A stretch of DNA of 64,000 nt, taken from positions 63,922,001-63,986,000 of the forward strand of contig JAGIQG010000011.1 of assembly GCA_024679065.1 (NCBI GenBank). The letters are read 5' to 3'. A program made the translations under genes and the position numbers. Shown in pieces: positions 38,171 to 49,649 of the stretch. Below the pieces are notes generated by a model. That model was not told where the DNA came from and searched no databases. It saw only the letters and a program-made list of their open reading frames with translations. Numbering within the stretch: position 1 is the first letter of the stretch; each line of letters begins with the position of its first letter. Origin of the DNA: Sphyrna mokarran (Eukaryota).

Positions 38171-39058
38171 GTCATATGAATTATCTTAAAGATAATTTCA
38201 TGCCAACTGATTATTGATGTCAACATTTCAGTTAAACACAATAGGAAGAAAATATTAGCAAAAAAGATTAAAAATAACTGAGAAGAAGTTTAAAACAGAC
38301 AATGAAAAACATTTTTTTTGGAAAGTATTTTTCAGCATCAGAGAGAATAAGAAAAGCCATCAGACAACAACGTTAATTTTCAAACTACTTCTATTTAGGT
38401 AAATGCCCAGGAAAGATTATATTCTGAGAATGTACTACTTATTCTGAAATCAATTTTCTTCTGAAATACAATATACTGGAGTAGAAATTGCTAAGCATTG
38501 GACCTGTATTTTCAGGTGCCAAATGGGTACAAAGCATTTTATTTCAGCAGTGAAGGTGTACTGTGCCGAATATGCACAAATATTGTGTCCATTGCAAAAT
38601 TTATGAGGCCCTCTGAAACAAGCTCAATCTCCTTAAATATGTAAATGAGGGGCCTAATTACCATGTGTACTCCTTTTAAAAATGTGAGTGGGTTGGCAAC
38701 AGGACCAATTTGTGTTGATCATCACACCTCTTGCTTTGAGTACACATTGGTCACACATAATCAAATCTGAACTTATAAAAGGAGTCCAGATTAATTTCTA
38801 CCCTACCATTTCAACAATGTCATAGAACTTTCAAAGCTCAGGTTTTATACAATCACTACTTTCACTGTAGTCATTTCGAGAATCATCCATGCATAATGAA
38901 AGCAAACTCACCTTTGATTTATTCTTAAACATAGCAAAGTTTAGGATGTATTTTACATTATTATATAACATTTAAAATTGTGCAATAGAATAGTCAATAA
39001 TATAATGTGTTGCATTTGCTTTTGTAAATCATGAATTTTTTTTAAAAAAGTGATCTGC

Positions 39059-39925
39059 TGTGACGCTACTGTGCCTTTAAGAAATATATTTCTAATCATG
39101 TTCTCTGCAGTTTGTAAGCAGGCCTCTTTTTTTGTTATTGGCCTCCTGTCTGAGCCAATGTCCTTTTACTGTTTATTTTCATTTTGGACCTAATACAGTG
39201 TCCTGGGGTTTTATGACCCTTCTTGAATTGTTAGGGGAAAATGATTGACAGGCCAGGTAGGACAGTTTTTTTTTCACAAGGAAAATTCAAAGATTACCTT
39301 TAGGTTGGCAGAAGCTGCTTAGACTGAAGGCAGGGGGTAGTGTTTTTGTCTCTGTCCCTGATATTGGAAATTCTGCTGGTTGCTGGCTAGTTAGAAGCTG
39401 TTTGGATTACAGAATGTTAGCAGTCTTTTTTGCTACTCTGGAGTGAAAATTTTAGTTTGTTAGCTAGAAGCTAAAGACGAGAAGTGGCTCTGTCTCTACC
39501 TCAAGATGTGCTGGGAGCTCCAGGACAGAAAAGTCACGGTTTCAATTCTGATGCAGAGCGGATGTTGCAAAGCTGCAAAATCCAGCATCACGTGAGCATA
39601 CTTGCTTTTTGTGCTAAGCCTACAATGAGATGTATGTTTGTGGGGATGTGATTGTTTGGAACAGCTTTTAACATTCTTAGCTGTTAAAGTTTATACAATG
39701 TTATAGTTGTGTTTGTGTAATTGGTAAAAGCTATTGCTAATTTTCTTACTGTGTGTTAACTATATTCTCAAATAAGTTTGGTTGATAACAGCTCTCTAGT
39801 GGGTCACTTGAATCATACCTGGAGTGAAATATCTAATGCTTACCTGTGCCAAATTCAAAGTGCAAAATGTGTGTTCTTGGCTGACTTCACAATATACCTT
39901 TGAGTCTCTGACCTAAGTTATAACA
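39059..39925 (+). mobile_element. Solo LTR (867 bp) with 4-bp TSD
   Basis: TGTGAC...ATAACA termini flanked by CTGC on both sides (39055-39058 and 39926-39929). Confidence 0.85.
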
Positions 39926-41209
39926 CTGCATATAGTAAAATGAAGGATTATAGCCTCTTTACCTGCATAGTAATTTTCTCATCTTAACCAAAGAATCAGT
40001 CAGTGGGTGTTAACCTGTGACAACATGTACCCCATTTGAGAGGAAAAAGGATTAAAGTAATATTGCCCCCTACAACCTTTTAATGAGAAAATCACGATTG
40101 AAGGGAAGGTATTGACAAATCTAAGGTAAAGGAAGGAGCACGAAAACTGTCAGTGAAAGAGAAAGAAAATGTTAAAGACATAGAAGTACCAACCAATGAG
40201 TTAGGAGGATCTACTCAAATGAAAATGAGGAAAAAAATCTTTGTTTCTTTATTTACTGAAATACTTGAGATTCAGAAACTTGCGCAAAAAGACATAGGCC
40301 TGAACTAGCCCCAGTTATCTGGACAGATGATTGGAAATGAATCCCCCACTACTCCAACAGACCCACTGCCATTTTACATTCTAATGAGCTTTTACTGCAG
40401 CAGGCGGAACCTCCATCCTCCATCCAGGGACAATGCTGTATTGGCCAGTTGAGGCACTCCAATGCTATGCCTGGGACTAACAGCAAAATCCTCCCTTCCG
40501 ATCTGTGACAGGTTCCTGATGGATGGGGACAGAAAATTTCGTGGCAGGCAAAAATTTGGAAACCTACCAGCATAAAAGCAGATTGCAATTCTCTTAATGG
40601 TGGGTTAATGGCAGTTTGGTTGTCCTGCTGCCTGGTGGCATGAAGGCCATTTGCATTAATTTCCATCTCATGCTCATTAAAACAAGACGCTTGCCTGTAT
40701 CTCCTCGCACCTTCCAATCTTGCATCATGCCAGCCAGAAATTAGGGTGATCTCAAACTCTTTTGAAAATGTTTAGTGTGCACAAGCCAGATCCCAGTTCA
40801 CTCGTGACTTTGAGGTGAGCGCAATATACATAGATTACTTGCCATAGTCTGTGCCGCTCTACGCTATACTGCTGTGGCTGTAGAGCTGGTCCCCTCCTGT
40901 TCTGTGCCGATATTGTCTGCAAAGCTGGCATTGTACTATGGTATTCACACAGTCCTCTGTGTTCAGACATAGTCTGTTACTGTGCTGGGAATGTAGAGTG
41001 CAGGCACCTCCACAGTTTCCACATTAACCAATTTGAAATGGTAGGGTGCAGGTGAAGATGACGAAGACAAGGCTATGCAAGAGGAGGGGGAATTGCAGGG
41101 CAATAGAATATGACAGAAGGCAGAGAGGCAAAGAGATGATGAACAATGGAAAGAAGAGAGAATACCCAAGGAAGCTGGACTTAAGAAGGTTACATACAAG
41201 ATCTATAAA

Positions 41210-41310
41210 CATAGACAGGGATCACGGGTAGAGGTGGGAACATCAGAGTGGTGGTGCGGGCTCGTTGGGCCAAAGGGCCTGTTTCCCGTGCTGTTCTGTT
41301 CTTTGTTCTT
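41210..41310 (+). mobile_element. CR1 3'UTR stub (similar copy at about 56950-57027)
   Basis: gcgggctcgttgggccRaagggcctgtttcc...(tgttct)n. Confidence 0.75.
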
Positions 41311-41440
41311 ATTAAACTGACAAACAAGAAGCTCAAAAGGATAACAAATCTTTGACTGGAAGGGGATGCACATAAAGTCTGAAGTATTGGGGGAGGAGAC
41401 TGGCAGCATGGTACATTGGAGATGGTTCACAAAAAGACTC

Positions 41441-41615
41441 AGAATCATAGAATCCCTCTGGTGTCAAAAGAGGCCATTCAGTCCACCGAGTCTGCACCAC
41501 CTCTCCAAAAAAGCATCCTACCCAGGCCCTCTCCTTCGTCTTATCCTCGTAACCCTTCACAGTTATCATAGTTAATCCACGTAACCTATATATCTTTGGA
41601 TATTAAGGGGCAATG
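41441..41615 (-). mobile_element. tRNA-SINE 3' part
   Basis: agaatcatagaatccct...aggccattcag tail. Confidence 0.75.
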
Positions 41616-42793
41616 TAGAAGTCAGGGGTGTGAGTTTTGAGAATGTCATTGTTATCATTAGCCTTCATTGAGATGAGGAACTATGTTATGAGAAGGTTAC
41701 AGTTTTTGTTCAGGAGCTGGCAACAGCAGTTGCCAGTTGCAAAATGGAAAGGAGCCACAGATGTCTTGGGCTATGTGAACTTCATAGTCAGAGTGATGAG
41801 ATAGTGCAGAAGAACAGTGGGCATTTAACAGGAGCAATCATTGGCAGCATGGTGTACCTCAGCTGTAGCAAGGAGCAAGAGTTGTGTACTCCACAGCTTG
41901 TGTGCAGATCTGTCTTACAGTCAATGTTCCTGGGCTTGGTAGGTTCTGTATTGGGCTTCAGACAAAATGGTGACTCATGACATCTGCAGCCTGTAGATAG
42001 GGAAGACACAATCAGGAGGTTCACCTCTGTGCACACAGTCTCCAGGTCGGATGGATCGAGCTCATGGGGTATGGGCACTTCACAGGTGATGGGTTTGGGG
42101 GAGAGGATTTAAATGTCTATTCCAACAATGGGATCCAGTATTACTGGGGAAGCTGGAGGAATATAGGAGGTAGTTCTAACTTCATATTGTGATGCTCAAG
42201 GTAAACTGTCGACACACGGACAGTGAAGGATAAGGCATTGAACTTGATCCTGAAGTAGATGCGCAGGAGCATCACTATGAGGTCCCAGAACAATTGTGTC
42301 AAACAAAAACAAAAATAACACTGGTTCTGTCTGGGAGGAGTATAATGCAGTGTGGGAGGACCACTATGCTAGGCAATGGGGCCCCTTCCTGGGGATGTCC
42401 TATCACTTATGGGTACTGCTACTGCAGACAGGATCCAGGTCAATTACAAAGGAGAGAGATCTTGTTGCTCAGGAAGCAACTGAAAGCTAATCCTTACATT
42501 CTGTGCTGTTAAAGGAATACACACAACTCACTAGCTTCACATCAAAGTCACAACATTGTCAGAGTATAGGTAGGAATGTAGTCTTGGTGAATACAGGCAA
42601 TTGTGAAGAGGCACAGCTCCACTATATAGGGCATCCCATCAGCAAAAGGCAGTCACACGTTAACAATAAACATCATTTATCATTTGTCAAGCAACTTCCA
42701 CTCATTGACCATGGGCAACTGCTATGTCAGCTCAAAGAATGGAGAACAGAATTGCTTTGGTTTAATGATCTTAATTCCACCTTGTGGAGTTGT

Positions 42794-43012
42794 CAGCATT
42801 GGACTGGGGGAGTACAATAAGTCTCACAACACTAGATTAAAATCCAACAGGTTTATTTGGAATCATGAACTCAGAGTGCTGCTCCTTCATCAGGTGAGTC
42901 ACCTGATCATTAGGTTGACTCATTTGATAAAGGAGTAGTGTTCCAAAAGCTTGTGATTCTAAATAAACCTGTTGGATTTTAACCTGGTGTTGTGAGACTT
43001 CTTACTCTGCAC
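42794..43012. mobile_element. Penelope-derived palindromic element, family A
   Basis: aagtctcacaac...ccttcatcaggtgagtc / gactcatttgataaagga...gttgtgagactt inverted arms. Confidence 0.78.
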
Positions 43013-43770
43013 ATCTTGTCCAAATGTTACATTTCTAGAATGGCAGCTAGATCACATCAATGTGTGAGTGTGCTAGCATCTCAGGGGAAAAGTTCCTTCA
43101 GAGATGTGCTGTCCCTATTCAGCTGTGTGTCTCTGCACTGATGGAGGGTGAGTGTGAGTGTTGTGACAGATCTTCCTGAACCACCCCGTCCCTGGAAGTG
43201 GTTTGGAGACTCAATGTGCTGTTCAGCTGCTGGCAGACCTCAATCTACTCATGCCTAGAAAATAGAGAACAGAGTTTTAGTTAATGAACATGAGCTAGTT
43301 CAGGCTACATGTGATTCGTTCTGATTGTCAGGATTTGAAGAACTGACGGAGCTGTGCTCCATATTTTGCTTTAGGGAAAGACCAGTCTTCTCATCCCCAA
43401 AGGAGCAATCCCTATCCTCCCCAGCAAGTTTGGCTGCACCTTGCTGCCTCTCTCCTACTTTGGGCTCTCTTGTCTTTTTTGTGTGCAGGTTTGGCCAATA
43501 TAAAGTGAAAGAAAAGTCTACGATCAGAGGCATTGTTGCAGAGGTTGAGTGAGATGTATGCTCCCTGTGTGTGGCGAGCCCTCCCCAGAGGGATCAGAGA
43601 TGGAGTTTGAGTAACATGATAGATGGGGTGGTTATGATATGAAAGTCTCTGAGAGAGAATGAGTGTGGGTATGTGTCTCCCTGCAAGTGAATGTATGACA
43701 TCTGTGAAGAGAGTCCCTTTTGAAGATATGATCGAAATTTGATACTGGAGGGAGTTGAGAGGGGACTTAC

Positions 43771-44009
43771 CCTTGTGCAGCAGATGAGACCATTCATCCT
43801 TCTTGAACCAGATGGCATGTTCGGCCTTATGACCAAGCGTGCTGGCCTAGGCGTTGGCCTTCCAAGCCAGAGTGGTGAAGCTGCTGTACTTCTTGCAGCC
43901 ATAACTCGAGAACAGGACATGTCGTTATGCCATAACTCCTTGGATCAAGGCCTCTAGAGGCCTGCTGGTTGAACTGGACAGCAGCCATCTTCTTGACTCT
44001 GCTCGCCAT
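43771..44009 (-). pseudogene. Frameshifted Myb/SANT-like DNA-binding ORF (Harbinger ORF2 type)
   Basis: MASRVKKMAAVQFNQQ/LEALIQGVMA*RHVLFSSYGCKKYSSFTTLAWKA.../RRMNGLICCTR followed by a GTAAGT donor. Confidence 0.65.
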
Positions 44010-45164
44010 TTGCTTCTTGTTTCCCACATGTTAGAGAGCATTGTGAAGATAGATGGGCTGCAAAGAGTAAGATCTATGTGTAGGACTGGCATTTAAGTAC
44101 GGCACCAGGACCTTCAAATCTGCCAGCTGACAACAGGCAGACAAACCAGCTTCCAACTTGGAGGTACCCAATTCTCAAAGGGAGGGTGCTCCCAGTTAAA
44201 AGGGGCCACACTAACATCCCACCCCAGACTGAGGATTGAAAATCTTTCTGTTTTGCACCCTGGGCTACCTGATGCCCATCAACCTAAAAACTGATATTGG
44301 ATGGGAAAAAACCCTTAAGTGGCTGCTAAAGGACCTTAACTGATGCAAGGGTGGGCTTCTTGTCCAGGGTCCTGTGTGCCCGACCATAAAGTCAGGTCCC
44401 GTTCCGGGCATGTGGGATCTCCCATTCAATTTCACATACTGCCCCTCTGAAAATCTACCAGCAAGAGGAGGATGTGGGGAGCAGGATGGGGGTAAAATTC
44501 AGACCATGAACACATATTTCACAATAATTTGACTAAACATAAGTAGAAAGCAATCTTTTGTGTCCTTGAGTATTCTCATTGATTTCCTTTTACTTGAAAG
44601 CTTCATGTCTCTCAGAAGCCGAGGTTCGGATTTAATATTCATGTTTGGAGTTATGACCCTGTTAGTTGAAGGCAGATTTTGCAATTAGAACATGTGCTGT
44701 GTGCACAGTTGTTCAGGATGCGTCGGCAACATTAGTTAGCTTAACTGATGCAGAGTGTCCCTGAAGTCTCTTCACACTATCAATTTGAGTTTTGTTTCAA
44801 ATTTGAAACAAAGTTAGAGGGCAAATTTAAGAAAACTCAATTCAGATAGAGCTTAGATGGGATGGTATTTGTGAAATATATACTATCTGCTCGAAGGAGG
44901 CAGCAGAAAAGAGACTGACTTCAAAGCTGACAAATAGCACTGACTAAACACAGTCAAATTGTATCATCATGGATTTGAAAATGAGTTGAATACAAACTCA
45001 TGAATGATGAATTGGAGTCAGTGTTCAACAACACTTTTAAATAATAGCTGCTCATTTTGTACTGCAGAAAGAACGGGAAGATGAAAGACATGCATAGGAA
45101 AGACAGAAACTGCAAATTTGCATGTGGGGAAGAGAGAGAGAAAGAAAGAGACTCAGGCCACGGT

Positions 45165-46068
45165 TGTCCCATTTTAAGTCGGATTCAGGGGGGAGACACA
45201 CAGACCACTTAATTGGTCATTTCAGTATTGTGTGAATATGATTAGCGAGCCCAGGACTGAAGTCTCTGGACTCATTAGTGTCTCCTACTGCACCAGAGTA
45301 TTTCACTCCAGCAGGGATTACACTAGCTCCCCCACTTCTGGCAAGATAGCAACCTGACCCCACTGGAGTGAAGTGGGAGCAATCAGGGCCTCCCAAAGGG
45401 TTGGGCAGTGGGAGGGTGCTTGCTGGGCATTGGCACCCTGGCAGTGCCCAAGAGACAAAGTGCCAATGCCTAGGGGTACCTTGGCATTGTCCATCAGGCA
45501 TGGAACAATGCCAAAGGAGGCAGTGGATGTATGGGGGTGATCGGTGGGGATGGGGAGCTAGTCGGTGGGGCGTAGGAGCAGCACTCTGCAATCAGGATCA
45601 TGGGGAGAAGGAGGGAGGCCAGCAATTAGGGTGGGCTGGGCAGGGAGTGTTGGGTTTAGCTGGAAGGGGAGGGGCAGTCAGCCTGCATGGCGGGGTGGGC
45701 TGGAGATCGCAGCACGTCAGGAGGGCCCAGCCTGGGAATGGTCGGGGAACCAGTAATTGGGCCGCAGGGGAGCTGGCCAGCGAATGAGCTATCTAGCAAT
45801 TGGGAGGCCATCAGTGCCACTGCACAGGTACCAATCGACACTGACAGATCTGCGTATGTGCAGTGTCCCACTCAGTGCTATGCTGCCGGCTGTCCAGTGG
45901 GGGATAGGCCGCGCCCACTGAAATTTAATGATATTCACACTGGTGGCCTTTGCAGTGCACAGAGTGGAAGGTTCTTCTCTGAACTCCCACTGAGAAAACC
46001 AATGTAAATTACTCCAGTTCACACGTGGATTTGACACTTTGAATCTTCCGGGGAGAATTTCATCCCCT
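45165..46068 (+). mobile_element. GC-rich non-autonomous DNA transposon, same family as 10687-11953
   Basis: Shared gcccaggNctgaagtctctgg and ttcactccagc blocks; ends ggggagaatttcatcccc. Confidence 0.65.
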
Positions 46069-46480
46069 GTATATTTCCTCAATGGTTCCAGATATCAAGG
46101 CACTCTCACATTGCCATTGTGCCTTGAAACTCCCATTATCCAAATACTGATAACCCCACTTCTACTAAATTCCAAGAAGTAAGTAACATTTCCAATTCAC
46201 CAACCTAACTGCTACCAAAATGTAGGTTTTCCCTATGCAGTACTGCCAAACATGATAATGATCTCAAAAGATTGCCAAACCTAACGTCCTTCTACACTTG
46301 TCCCAAAACCTCACAACCGGCTACTATTAAGTTATACGTATCTACTCCTAATTTGATATGCACTGCCCGCCATCTCCCAATGCCCTTTTTGACTTCGATT
46401 GGTTGGATGGATCTTTGGTTAATGTTGAGGACAACATTATCATTCTATAATGTTTGTTCTCCAAGTATTAATGTCCTAAA

Positions 46481-46685
46481 CAAAAAGAGAAAATGCTGGA
46501 ACATCTCAGCAGGTCCAACAGCATCTGTGGAGAGAGAACGGAGCCAACGTTTCAAGACAATGTGAGGAGTACCTTCATGTCTCGAGACTCTATTCTCTCT
46601 CCACAGATGCTGTCAGACCTGTTGAGAGTTTCCAGTATTTTCTGCTTTTGTTTCAGATTCCAAATCCGCAATGTTTTGCCTTTAT
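46481..46685. mobile_element. Penelope-derived palindromic element, family B
   Basis: caaaaagagaaaatgctgga...cagcatctgtggagagagaa / ttctctctccacagatgctg...ttttctgcttttg inverted arms. Confidence 0.75.
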
Positions 46686-47353
46686 ACTAATGTTCTAAAT
46701 TGTCTTTCTACATTGGTGATTTGTGAACATTCTTTCACTTGGTTCACAATTCAAACCTGCACTTCTGTTATCTGTCATTAGTCAAACGTTGATCGTGATC
46801 AAGTCAAGGGACAAGTGGGCTGGGAGGAGGAAAAAAAAAGCAGAATCAGACTCCAGAACTCAGCTGAATTCATGTCTTTCTGAGCAGTGACTTGATGATG
46901 AGGCAATATACTTTCTTAATGTGTTCTATGTAGGTCATCTATTCAGATGACAGCCTTATTACTTATTCACTACTAAAAACACAGTTTGGCATTTTGGCTG
47001 CTGCAGCTCTTGATCATGGGAAGATGGTAGTTTGCATAAATTGTCCGGAGCGACTGTAGAATGTACCTAGCGAGATTGCATCGTTCAGTGAATCTGAAAA
47101 TATCCTTGTGATACTCAGATTTTTTTTGTGATCTTCCCTTTCCTTGTAAAGCAGCTGGCAAAACCTTAGGTCAAGGGATAAATTGTTAAATTTATTCTTT
47201 GCTAAGCTTTTTACACAAATAATAAAAAAGGTCAATGCAAATTGACATTGCATGACAAATATAGAAGATATGGCTGTTTTCAGAATTAACATGGCTATCT
47301 TTTTCATCTACTCTGTCTAATAATAAGAATCTTTTGTTCAGCTTGATGGTTAC

Positions 47354-47426
47354 CATTTCCTCTTCAGAACCGGCGTTGTCTTTCAAAGCCTCTTTGCAGA
47401 CTCTTCAAACAATCTCTATTCAACAT
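47354..47426 (-). other. NCKAP5: Candidate 73-nt NCKAP5 penultimate or alternative exon
   Basis: Strong pyrimidine tract ttcttctctgtatttttcaattcttttaacAG and ATG|GTAACC donor. Purine-rich, CpG-retaining body in unique sequence. Contains stops in all three frames. Confidence 0.45.
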
Positions 47427-48381
47427 CTGTTAAAAGAATTGAAAAATACAGAGAAGAAGCCTATCTAAGTTCTGTGCTGTCAGGAAATGTCTCAATGATA
47501 AATGGAGGTCGGCTCAGGCCTGCAGGACTGTGATGTGTGCCACAAGAGTTTATATCAGTCGCTCAGGCTTCTGTGAAAGGTTATTAGAGATGCTCAAAAC
47601 AAATGTTGGAGCTGAAACTTCTCAAAATTGCTGCCATTATAGAATGCCCTGAACTAAACTCAAACTGGTGGTATTCTTTCTCACTAGCCTATGGTGGTGG
47701 TATTTTGTTTTAACAATCACATTACTGCAGCAACTGGGGAAATTATATTTTGAAAAGTCCACAAGTTTCAAGCAATGTTGTCATCCACGGTAGTCAGAAA
47801 ATGCAATGTAGTTTTTTAAAATGGGTTAAGTGTTCAGAAAAGACTTGGTAAAGCTGTGGAAACAGTCCAATTTGGGTTAGGATCAACAGAATTTCATAAC
47901 CAAGGGAGCAACAATGATTGCAAAAAACCTTATCATCAACAGTGCGAAAGAATAAACTCACTTGTTCTGTAAGAAGGTAAACATTCAGTGGTGCTATATT
48001 TGTACTTATTTCATGTCAGTTTGTATTTTATGGCATTGGTACATAAGCACTGCAGCGAATTTTGGCCTAAGTACAAGCTGGCATGATCAGCAAGCGTACA
48101 GACATGAATTTGGACATCATTTCTCACATAAATCGATTTAGGAAATTTGAAGCTGAATTGTTAGCCAAAAGGTTATTTTTATATGAGGTGCTTCAGTAGA
48201 AGCTGATTTTGCCCTTACATAATATTCCATATGGACATTTCTAATACAGAAGCAATCAGAAGCTGCAAGCTGGATAAATATGTTTCCTTCAATCGTAAGA
48301 AGATGAAGAGGTCAATTGTAGTGCCACCACTAAAGAGCTCCACAACCACCAAAAGGAGTTCAATTATCTGAGCAGAGGTCA

Positions 48382-48510
48382 GGGCTGGAATTCTCCCATC
48401 CCCCCGCCACTGGAATTTCAGCGAGCGGGTTGCAGAGAATGTGAAACACCATTGATGGTCGGATGGGAATTTCCGGCTTTTCGACCAGTGAGGCCAGAGA
48501 ACTCTGCCTC
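48382..48510. mobile_element. Short Harbinger-type MITE (related copies at about 24910-25042, 25680-25813, 51205-51375, 56065-56279, 56580-56697)
   Basis: GGGCTGGAATTCTCC...AGAACTCTGCC imperfect TIRs, with a shared ccattga/cattcac core. Confidence 0.6.
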
Positions 48511-49649
48511 AAAAATCAAACTTTCATCTTCCATGTCTGCATGTGTCAGATATTTGTGAAGAAGCCCACTGATCCAAATGGGGAGTCTTCAGTTTTAGTT
48601 TCATGCTTGTGTTATTAATTTTTATTCACAGGGTATATTATGTGTTGCAACTGTAGATACGTTTTAAATTTGCTCTCCACAGAAAATAACTGTGCCTCCG
48701 TATTGCTGTTTAATGGGCTTCTGTAGTAAAATGTGAAACTTGAGCATATAAAGTATGAAATTGAGCACTGATGCTTCTCAAGAACAATGCTGTATCATTT
48801 AGTGCTCTGATGAGCACGTTCAAAACTTACATAATGAGGGAAAGGAAATATGAATTAATGTCAAACCTTCACTCAAACTCACAGTTGAGATTCCTGACAT
48901 TTCATCACCAGGTCTCTGGGAGAGAAATGAACCCCTTATTTCTTCATGCAACTAAAAAAGTAACAGCTCCACTGTTACGTCCAGTAATAAAAATAGTTTA
49001 TGCACCTTCCTCTTATCATCAATTAAGTCAACATGAAGCAAAATCTTTGCTAAGATCAGAATTATTTCAAATTTATCTTCTGAGATTAACATCCCCATCA
49101 TATCAAGTATTACCTTGGCCAAGGAATTTCTCCCATTCCAACAATATGTCAATGGGGTTTTCACCATTTTGCCAGTAAAATAATACTAGGGAGTGGGCGA
49201 AACACAAGAGGCTTTTCCAAATATTGCAAAGCTGTGCTTATGGTTTCTCCTTCTACATACCTTCTGCCATCAATGCCTCTCTCTCAGAACCACATGCCTT
49301 TTTGCTTTTCCATCATTGTGCCAAACAGAGCTTATATTTTATTGCATAGTTTTACTTTGTTCTTCTGAGCAGACTGCAAGGGATTGGGGTGTGGAGAGGA
49401 AGTGGGGTGGGGGAATGCAGAGGCCCAAAGAACATTGGTGTTCTGAGACTAGCATCAATTTTGATAACTATAGGGAAGATCTCTGTAAGATTGAAAACTT
49501 TGTTTTAAAATCGTGAATAAAATCACCATTAAATTCTAGAAATCTTATTAATGCTGAAGTCAGATGACTACGTGTCAGGCTGTTCCTAAATTTGACATTA
49601 AGATGACCGAGGAAATTTACATTACAGCTAATACCAGTATAAATTAGAC

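Larger units (their letters stand above)
40300..44505. mobile_element. Decayed PIF/Harbinger-like transposon region (left boundary uncertain)
   Basis: Myb/SANT-like relic on the minus strand, a weak HARBI1-like hint (MVTHDICSL, about 41967) on the plus strand, and right terminus GTAAAATTCAGACC. Confidence 0.5.

Noticed and set aside
47396-47422. In-frame TGA codons near Cys codons as possible selenocysteine or readthrough
   Set aside because: No SECIS recognised, and the TGA-A contexts do not match the TGA-CTAG readthrough motif.
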